From positions 62,001 through 126,000 of IMG/VR virus record IMGVR_UViG_3300044640_001495: 64,000 nucleotides of DNA; one strand, given 5' to 3'. Positions 1-5,806 of the stretch are shown here, piece by piece (position 1 is the stretch's first letter; each line of letters starts with the position of its first letter). The notes beneath the pieces were generated by a model that was given only the letters and a program-made list of their open reading frames with translations, did not search any database and was not told the origin of the DNA. The translations under genes and the position numbers were made by a program.

Positions 1-32
1 AGTATAAACTCAACGAAGGTAAGTAAAATATT

Positions 33-107
33 GGGCTGTTGGTATAGATGGGAACACAGTAGCTTTGCAAGCTTCAATCCCCGGTTCGATCCCGGGACGG
101 TCCACCA
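33..107 (+). tRNA. tRNA-Ala(UGC)
   Basis: Cloverleaf: acceptor GGGCUGU/ACGGUCC with the G3.U70 Ala determinant, anticodon loop UU-UGC-AA, T loop UUCGAUC, encoded CCA. Confidence 0.93.
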
Positions 108-124
108 AGTTTTAAGTAAGTATT

Positions 125-198
125 GCCCCTTTAGTATAATGGTATTACACCTGTTTTGTAATCAGGTTACGGCAGTTCGATTCTGTCAAGGGGCACCA
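125..198 (+). tRNA. tRNA-Thr(UGU)
   Basis: Acceptor GCCCCUU/AAGGGGC, anticodon loop UU-UGU-AA, GUUCGAUUC T arm, ACCA end. Confidence 0.93.
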
Positions 199-212
199 TT
201 TTTTAGGTACAT

Positions 213-830
213 ATGAAATTTGCATATTTTAATCCAACTGTGATGGCTGTGGCCGATGTGCCGGCGGATGTATTCACCAATTTGAAAAGTCTAGTAGATA
301 CTGCACATACCAAGACAGAACTCAATGATGAGGGTAATCCTGCTATTAGCATACGTGGCGGACAGCAGATTCAACTCTTGCCAAATCAATTCAATCTAGA
401 CACAGGGCATATCAAACGCTATGTAGAAGCGCAGTGCCAGGAATACATGGATGCGCAGATCAAACAAAGCGGTCGCAACGATCTGTCAGCATTTCAACCC
501 ATGTTGGTTTCAGCATGGACTATACGTCAGACTGCAGGCGACTATCAGGCCATGCACAATCATGAAGCACATATCAGCGGCAACATCTACATTGATGTTC
601 CTGATCTTGATCTCACAGACAACATATCGGATGCTGTGATTGAGTTTAGATTGCCGGTGGTAAGAAACCCTGCACATTTTGTTTTTGTAGATCAATGGCG
701 GTTTACCCCAAATCCCATGAAGATGATCATATTTCCCAGCTATATTCCACACACTGTGTATCCGTGGAAAGGCAAGGGCCACAGAACAATTTTGGCTTGG
801 GATGTGAAATTAGTGGCAAAAAAGACTTGA
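213..830 (+). CDS. Putative 2OG-Fe(II) oxygenase (TIGR02466-like)
   Basis: HNH-x-x-x-ISG-x-x-Y motif and C-terminal FPSYIPHTVYP...R pattern typical of phage 2OG-Fe(II) oxygenases. Confidence 0.7.
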   Translation: MKFAYFNPTVMAVADVPADVFTNLKSLVDTAHTKTELNDEGNPAISIRGGQQIQLLPNQFNLDTGHIKRYVEAQCQEYMDAQIKQSGRNDLSAFQPMLVSAWTIRQTAGDYQAMHNHEAHISGNIYIDVPDLDLTDNISDAVIEFRLPVVRNPAHFVFVDQWRFTPNPMKMIIFPSYIPHTVYPWKGKGHRTILAWDVKLVAKKT

Positions 831-855
831 CATTTAGTCTAAAGAGTGCTATAAT
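827..855 (+). promoter_or_regulatory. Consensus sigma70 promoter
   Basis: TTGACA(827-832)-17 nt-TATAAT(850-855). Confidence 0.85.
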
Positions 856-878
856 AGTTTTGTTGTGTAGCAATACAT

Positions 879-1117
879 GACCGGTAAAGCGAAGGGTAGA
901 TGAGAATAGACACAAAGGTGTGAGCTTCATGCTTACTCCAAACTTACAACCATCTGAACAATGGCCGTGTTTATGTGATCCGATCCCTAATAGAATGTCA
1001 TTTGTTAATCGGAAATATATGGACCTCTGTGTATTGTATTTTGCACATTGTCAACGAAGACTACAACTCTTCATTGTATATTGTCCGGTCTATTACTTGA
1101 CCTTTCGTTGACCCGTT
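879..1117 (+). ncRNA. Candidate structured RNA or long 5' leader upstream of rpoZ
   Basis: Long-range complementary segments 888-897/1100-1109, 905-911/1088-1094 and 910-919/1023-1032 plus internal hairpins; lies just downstream of a consensus promoter; family not recognised. Confidence 0.55.
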
Positions 1118-1138
1118 ATTTTTAACCTAAAGGAATAT

Positions 1139-1387
1139 ATGAACAAACAACTTTCATCAGAAGACGCAGTGGCAGCATACGGCGATAGATTTGAAATGGT
1201 ATTGGCTGCAAGTCAACGAGCTCGAGAGTTGAAAAACGGTCATGCTCCTAGAGTTGATAAAGGTAGTCATGGATTTATTGTTACTGCTCTAAACGAAATC
1301 GAACAGGGCAAGTATACTAGACTTGATTTTTTAAAAACTGTTAAAACAAAGAAGAAAGGACAACGTGATGAACATTTCCCTACGTAA
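1139..1387 (+). CDS. rpoZ: RNA polymerase omega subunit homolog
   Basis: DRFEMVLAASQRAREL matches the omega core motif; strong SD (AAGGA) upstream; about 82 aa. Confidence 0.75.
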   Translation: MNKQLSSEDAVAAYGDRFEMVLAASQRARELKNGHAPRVDKGSHGFIVTALNEIEQGKYTRLDFLKTVKTKKKGQRDEHFPT

Positions 1388-1940
1388 GGCAAACGCAGTT
1401 CAGAATTCGATCAATGAAGCAATCAAGGGTATTAAGATTGATACCAGCATTGAGATCAACGAGTTCCAGAACGCACAAGATGAGATTCAAAAGGCCAATA
1501 ACCTTTTGATCACAAATGATGGTCGCCGACAAAAGCTGTTGTTGGCCTTGTACAACATTCGCGGACTGGTTGGTACAGCCAACGCAAATTGCGGAATTGA
1601 CCTGTCATTGGCCAAGGCTGCGTTCATTGACAAGCGTGTCACACAGTTGACTGAAATAGCCACATTGAATCCAGTGAGTGACTTGGCTGTGGTCAACGGC
1701 AAGTTGGACAAGATCCGCAGCCGCAAAGAAGAAAGCCGTGCAAGTTTGTACGGCCGTGACGACACGGTATCTACCAGTGTTGTTGGACGAGATCAAATTG
1801 ATCAAGCCAAGGCAGAGATCCAAAATCTCAAGAAGCAGAAACAAAAACTCAATGATGAAGTTCTTGAGTTAAATATCAAAACTGAAATTCCACTCAGTGA
1901 TGATGTTGTAGCAACACTGCAAGCTGAAGGCTTGATCTAA
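1365..1940 (+). CDS. Hypothetical phage protein (coiled-coil rich)
   Basis: 191-aa ORF with upstream AAGGA SD and codon usage consistent with neighbours. Confidence 0.75.
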   Translation: MMNISLRKANAVQNSINEAIKGIKIDTSIEINEFQNAQDEIQKANNLLITNDGRRQKLLLALYNIRGLVGTANANCGIDLSLAKAAFIDKRVTQLTEIATLNPVSDLAVVNGKLDKIRSRKEESRASLYGRDDTVSTSVVGRDQIDQAKAEIQNLKKQKQKLNDEVLELNIKTEIPLSDDVVATLQAEGLI

Positions 1941-1942
1941 CA

Positions 1943-2148
1943 GACCCCGGGCGCCCTTGCCCGTTATACAAAGGGGGTGGGGCAGTCACCATAAAGAGTG
2001 CTAGGTTTGTAGTGCAAAGGCCTTCCGATCCTGTGTAGGGAATCCGGAGACGCATTAGGTGAGGTTTAACACCTTCCCATAAGAATAAATGTTATGGACA
2101 GAGTAACCGCTCAGTCTAGGGCTCCTGTGGTGGGAGTAGCTAGGCACT
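1943..2148 (+). ncRNA. Candidate multi-branched structured RNA
   Basis: GC-rich intergenic stretch with no ORF; closing stem 1997-2004/2140-2148 encloses hairpins at about 2022-2049, 2057-2074, 2077-2097, 2097-2116 and 2122-2136. Confidence 0.55.
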
Positions 2149-2154
2149 AATTAT

Positions 2155-2230
2155 CGCGGGATGGAGAAGGTGGTATCTCGGAAGTCTCATAAGCTTCAGA
2201 TCGTCGGTTCGACTCCGACTCCCGCAACCA
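2155..2230 (+). tRNA. tRNA-Met(CAU), initiator-like acceptor (C1.A72)
   Basis: Acceptor CGCGGGA/UCCCGCA, anticodon loop CU-CAU-AA, GGUUCGACUCC T arm, ACCA end. Confidence 0.92.
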
Positions 2231-2240
2231 ATTTGAGGAC

Positions 2241-2993
2241 ATGATGTTTTTATTTCGAAGAAAAAAGATAATTGTAGATTGTTTTATAGATAATCCAGTT
2301 GTGCAGAATCTGTTCAAAATTGATCATGCTCATAAATTTGTTCCCGCAGAGTGGAAACAATTGCCACCTATGGTTGATGTAAAATCACTGCAGGATCCTA
2401 GAAGCAAGGAATTAATTCCAATACCAACAGCCAAGAGATGTGTTGGTATGGTCAATTTGTTTACCTCTGGATTTATACTACCTAGTTGGACAGATTTTAA
2501 AATTGAAATGATGAAGGACGGATTATTTTTTAAACATGATCCTATGGGCGGCCTAGATGCCAATCCCCATCCTCCCTTTATGTATTGGGAAGAATTGTAC
2601 AAGGGATACCAGCATGTGAAAATTTCTAGTCCTTGGTTAATCAAAGAAAAAACTGGTGTTAAATTTGCCTGGAATCAATGTACCTATCACAATACAGATA
2701 GACATGCTAACTACCATGCGTTATCGGGAATATTAGATTTTAAAGCACAGCATAATACACATGTGAATATTTTTGTGAAAAAGGGAACTACACTAACGGT
2801 TAATGCAGGTGATCCGTTGGTACAGCTTATCCCGTTAACTGAACGTGAAGTAGAATTAAAACATCATGAAGTTGATGCTAACGAGTACGAAAAGATTTCA
2901 AAAGAGTTTACTCAAAAATCTATGTGGGGAGGGCAACATAGATCATTATTAACTTCAATGCCCGCATCAAAATGTCCGTTTGGATTCAAATGA
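2241..2993 (+). CDS. Hypothetical phage protein
   Basis: 250-aa ORF with GAGG SD upstream; no diagnostic motif recognised. Confidence 0.75.
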   Translation: MMFLFRRKKIIVDCFIDNPVVQNLFKIDHAHKFVPAEWKQLPPMVDVKSLQDPRSKELIPIPTAKRCVGMVNLFTSGFILPSWTDFKIEMMKDGLFFKHDPMGGLDANPHPPFMYWEELYKGYQHVKISSPWLIKEKTGVKFAWNQCTYHNTDRHANYHALSGILDFKAQHNTHVNIFVKKGTTLTVNAGDPLVQLIPLTEREVELKHHEVDANEYEKISKEFTQKSMWGGQHRSLLTSMPASKCPFGFK

Positions 2994-3139
2994 AATTATA
3001 CGAAGCAACAATTAGAGTAGACGGCAAAGAATTTAAGGATCGTGTGGGTGCTAATTCGGCAGAGGAAGCACGTATGTTATTACAACAGAGACACGGTCCC
3101 AGAGCAGTACCATATGTTCCTCATATGATACCAAGTTAA
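2990..3139 (+). CDS. Small hypothetical protein (49 aa, MKLYEATIRVDGKEFKDRV...)
   Basis: ATG overlaps the previous stop (ATGA coupling) and the ORF fills the gap to tRNA-Pro; below the ORF-track length cut-off. Confidence 0.6.
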   Translation: MKLYEATIRVDGKEFKDRVGANSAEEARMLLQQRHGPRAVPYVPHMIPS

Positions 3140-3142
3140 TTT

Positions 3143-3219
3143 CGGAGTGTGGCGCAGTCTGGTAGCGCACCTGGTTTGGGACCAGGGGGTCCAAGGTTCG
3201 AATCCTTGTACTCCGACCA
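3143..3219 (+). tRNA. tRNA-Pro(UGG)
   Basis: CGGAGUG...UACUCCG acceptor, anticodon loop UU-UGG-GA, T arm GGUUCGAAUCC, ACCA end. Confidence 0.95.
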
Positions 3220-3239
3220 TTTTTTAAAAAGAGAAAACA

Positions 3240-3428
3240 ATGACTAAAGACGAATACGAAGCAGCTACAGCCACAGCCATGGCAGAGTTCCTGGCCAAGG
3301 GTGGTGTGATACAACAGATCGAAAGAAATGTCAGCAGCAGAGAAGAAGGAGCCAGTTATTCATCATGGTCTAAGAAAAAACCTTCAACTTCACCTTTGGC
3401 CAATCCTCCAGAGGATCACGAAACTTGA
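3240..3428 (+). CDS. Hypothetical protein
   Basis: 62-aa ORF between tRNAs; AEFLAKGGVIQQI pattern recalls small phage proteins. Confidence 0.6.
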   Translation: MTKDEYEAATATAMAEFLAKGGVIQQIERNVSSREEGASYSSWSKKKPSTSPLANPPEDHET

Positions 3429-3445
3429 TTGTTAAATAATAGTAT

Positions 3446-3519
3446 GCGGGGTTAGTTTAATGGTAAAACAGCAGATTTCCAATCTTCGGTCGAGAGTTCG
3501 ATTCTCTCACTCCGCTCCA
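3446..3519 (+). tRNA. tRNA-Gly(UCC)
   Basis: GCGGGGU/ACUCCGC acceptor, U73, anticodon loop UU-UCC-AA, CCA end. Confidence 0.92.
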
Positions 3520-3527
3520 AGGATATA

Positions 3528-4100
3528 ATGAAAGTAATAGATCAAAACGAAGTATTTCGCAAGTTTAATTTCAGTTCAGTAATTACACAATCTGACAATG
3601 AAGAAGCCATAGGCATTATAAAAGCAATCATTGCTGACGGGAATTACTTTACTAATAGTCCCAAATATCAAACTAAAGAAAATATATTTGCTAGACCCGA
3701 AGCTGTATGGTTAAAGTATCGTATGAGTTTTTTGTTCAGTGTATTCATGTACCTAGGACGTGAAGTAAAAGTTAATAACATGATGGCTTGGTCGTTTATG
3801 ACCAATCTTGAGAGTGCCGAGGATCGTGAAAATCTGTGGCATCATCACTGGCATCCTACTCATGACACTGCCAAAATGTTGAGTGGTGTTTTGTATCTGC
3901 ACATACCCGATGATGTTAAAGATTACGATTACTGTGGTACAGAAATGGCTCCTAACGGGCCAGCAGGTGACGGCAAGTTGTTTGTAAAACCTAGTGAATA
4001 CGCATGGTTGATCTATCCCAGTGATCAGTGGCACAGGCCGGGTGTTGTACAAAGCAATCAGTATCGTTTTATATTGGCAGCAGATATAGAATATGTTTAA
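3528..4100 (+). CDS. Putative 2OG-Fe(II) oxygenase-like protein
   Basis: WHHHWH...LSGVLYLH...WHRPG...R pattern. Confidence 0.55.
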   Translation: MKVIDQNEVFRKFNFSSVITQSDNEEAIGIIKAIIADGNYFTNSPKYQTKENIFARPEAVWLKYRMSFLFSVFMYLGREVKVNNMMAWSFMTNLESAEDRENLWHHHWHPTHDTAKMLSGVLYLHIPDDVKDYDYCGTEMAPNGPAGDGKLFVKPSEYAWLIYPSDQWHRPGVVQSNQYRFILAADIEYV

Positions 4101-4101
4101 T

Positions 4102-4175
4102 GCGGGATTAGTTTAATGGTCAAACGAAACCTTGCCAAGGTTTAGTCAGGAGTTCGATTCTCCTATCCCGCTCCA
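4102..4175 (+). tRNA. tRNA-Gly(GCC)
   Basis: GCGGGAU/AUCCCGC acceptor, AAACC-UUGCCAA-GGUUU anticodon arm, UCCA end. Confidence 0.95.
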
Positions 4176-4180
4176 AATTT

Positions 4181-4255
4181 CCGGCCATAGTATAATGGAT
4201 AATACAAAGAGCTTCTACCTCTTGAATGTGGGTTCGATTCCTGCTGGCCGGACCA
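4181..4255 (+). tRNA. tRNA-Arg(UCU)
   Basis: CCGGCCA/UGGCCGG acceptor, AAGAG-CUUCUAC-CUCUU anticodon arm, ACCA end. Confidence 0.93.
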
Positions 4256-4256
4256 C

Positions 4257-4330
4257 GCTCTTGTAGTAAAATGGTATTACACAGTCTTGGTAAGACTGAA
4301 TTCCAAGTTCAATTCTTGGCTAGAGCACCA
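4257..4330 (+). tRNA. tRNA-Thr(GGU)
   Basis: GCUCUUG/CUAGAGC acceptor, CAGUC-UUGGUAA-GACUG anticodon arm, ACCA end. Confidence 0.92.
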
Positions 4331-4331
4331 C

Positions 4332-4360
4332 TTGACAAATTGAAAGAAAGACAGTATAAT
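4332..4360 (+). promoter_or_regulatory. Consensus sigma70 promoter
   Basis: TTGACA(4332-4337)-17 nt-TATAAT(4355-4360). Confidence 0.85.
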
Positions 4361-4366
4361 AGTCGT

Positions 4367-4591
4367 ATGTACAAAGTAATAGAAAAACAAAGCTCAACGG
4401 AGTTTGCTAATTTGGATTTAGCAATGGCATTTGCCAAAGAATTAAATGTGTTCGTTACCATCCAAGGTGGCGAATTTGAAATCGTAGGAGTATTTGGTGT
4501 AGACAGCATCAAAGATGGTAAGTGTCCAGATGGCGTTAAATACGATTGGAACAAAGCGAGCCGAATTGGCCGCGTTAAAAAGGAAAGATAA
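4367..4591 (+). CDS. Hypothetical phage protein (start refined to MYKVIEK)
   Basis: ATG just downstream of the promoter; the longer ORF-track start lies inside tRNA genes. Confidence 0.7.
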   Translation: MYKVIEKQSSTEFANLDLAMAFAKELNVFVTIQGGEFEIVGVFGVDSIKDGKCPDGVKYDWNKASRIGRVKKER

Positions 4592-4598
4592 AAACTAG

Positions 4599-4817
4599 AT
4601 GGCCAAAGAAGATATAATCGAATTAACAGGCGTTGTAGAAGAAGTCTTGCCCGGTAATATGTTTAAGGTAAAAGTAGACAATCTACCCAATGTCTTATTG
4701 TGCTATACTAGTGGCAGACTCAAGCAACACAAAATTCGTATCATTCTAGGCGATCGTGTCAAGGTGGAAGTTAGCCCCTATGACATGACCAAAGGCCGAG
4801 TCTCTTATAGATTGTAA
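4599..4817 (+). CDS. infA: Translation initiation factor IF-1
   Basis: MAKEDIIELTGVVEEVLPGNMFKV...IRIILGDRVKVEVSPYDMTKGRVSYR is the canonical IF-1 sequence pattern. Confidence 0.95.
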   Translation: MAKEDIIELTGVVEEVLPGNMFKVKVDNLPNVLLCYTSGRLKQHKIRIILGDRVKVEVSPYDMTKGRVSYRL

Positions 4818-4854
4818 TAAAAGAAATTCAACAAATTGGCCCTGTTGATTTTGT

Positions 4855-4883
4855 TTGACAGGGCTTTGTTTTGACTGTATAAT
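4855..4883 (+). promoter_or_regulatory. Consensus sigma70 promoter
   Basis: TTGACA(4855-4860)-17 nt-TATAAT(4878-4883). Confidence 0.85.
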
Positions 4884-4908
4884 ATATACTTACACAGTAA
4901 AGGATTAT

Positions 4909-5082
4909 ATGGCAGGCAAAGCAAAATCGGTTTATTTGACTATAAACCCAAAAGGTACATTTACAACAGCATTTCACAAGGTGTTCTTTGATGCTAAAGC
5001 ATACAACGACTACATTAAGACAGATGAGTTCAAAGCTAAATGGCCTGCAGAAAAATTTGATATTGTAAAAGAAACTTACTAA
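4909..5082 (+). CDS. Small hypothetical protein (MAGKAKSVYL...)
   Basis: AAGGA SD then ATG at 4909, downstream of the promoter. Confidence 0.7.
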   Translation: MAGKAKSVYLTINPKGTFTTAFHKVFFDAKAYNDYIKTDEFKAKWPAEKFDIVKETY

Positions 5083-5095
5083 CAAGGAGGCAGAT

Positions 5096-5698
5096 ATGCC
5101 AAGTGTATTCTTAGTAAGCGACACGCACTTTGGACACACAGGTGTATGCCGCTTCACACGCAACGATGGTGAAAAATTAAGACCGTGGACGGATCCAGAT
5201 GAAATGGACGAAGCTATGGTTAAGGCGTGGAACGAACGGGTAAAACCCACTGACAAGGTCTACCACTTAGGTGATGTTGTTATTAACCGCAAAGCGTTAG
5301 GAACGTTACGTAGGTTAAACGGTGACAAGGTATTAATCCGCGGTAATCACGACATCTTCCGCGATGACGAGTATAGAATGTACTTTAGAGAATTACGTGC
5401 ATACCATGTTATGAACGGCATGATCTTAAGCCATATCCCGTTACACTCGGATTCGATGGGTCGTTTTGGAGTTAACATTCACGGACATTTACACTCAAAT
5501 CGAGTGCGTAAGGCCCGTGGAGTTGATGTTAAAACAGGAGAAATCTTATACAGTGATGAGATTGATCCTAGATATCATTGTGTTTGTGTAGAACAAACTC
5601 CGGACTTTGCTCCTATCTTGTTTGAAGATGTGTTAAAGCGCATCGAAGCAGAAGGCGGATCAGTAGGTTTTAAGAACGGCAACGGACCTACAATGTAA
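5096..5698 (+). CDS. Calcineurin-like metallophosphoesterase
   Basis: SDTHFGH, GD, GNHD, SH and HGHLH metal-binding motifs. Confidence 0.9.
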   Translation: MPSVFLVSDTHFGHTGVCRFTRNDGEKLRPWTDPDEMDEAMVKAWNERVKPTDKVYHLGDVVINRKALGTLRRLNGDKVLIRGNHDIFRDDEYRMYFRELRAYHVMNGMILSHIPLHSDSMGRFGVNIHGHLHSNRVRKARGVDVKTGEILYSDEIDPRYHCVCVEQTPDFAPILFEDVLKRIEAEGGSVGFKNGNGPTM

Positions 5699-5713
5699 TA
5701 AACTGTGCAGTTT

Positions 5714-5745
5714 AAAATAGGGCTCTTCGGAGCTCTATTTTTTTT
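5714..5745 (+). terminator. Rho-independent terminator
   Basis: AAAATAGGGCTC-TTCG-GAGCTCTATTTT hairpin followed by a T run. Confidence 0.85.
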
Positions 5746-5769
5746 GGTTCGAGGTTCTGATACAGTGGC

Positions 5770-5776
5770 ATAAATA
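5770..5776 (+). promoter_or_regulatory. T4-like late promoter motif (ATAAATA)
   Basis: ATAAATA about 30 nt upstream of a virion gene, after a terminator; the same motif recurs before other structural genes. Confidence 0.6.
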
Positions 5777-5806
5777 CTAGACTAACATTGCCCCGGAGTT
5801 ATTAAT

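Noticed and set aside
31-216. 61-aa ORF in the ORF track
   Set aside because: It lies entirely over tRNA-Ala and tRNA-Thr; spurious.
920-1111. 63-aa ORF
   Set aside because: No SD, odd Cys/Tyr-rich composition, and it lies within a region better explained by RNA pairing; not excluded without conservation data.
1943-2148. tmRNA, RNase P or group I intron interpretation
   Set aside because: No tRNA-like ends with T arm and CCA, no RNase P P4 consensus, no recognisable group I P7 core, and no interrupted host gene.
3051-3314. Minus-strand 87-aa ORF
   Set aside because: Antisense to tRNA-Pro and a plus-strand ORF; a typical tRNA shadow ORF.
4226-4366. N-terminal extension of ORF 4226-4591
   Set aside because: Overlaps tRNA-Arg, tRNA-Thr and a consensus promoter; the real start is most likely 4367.
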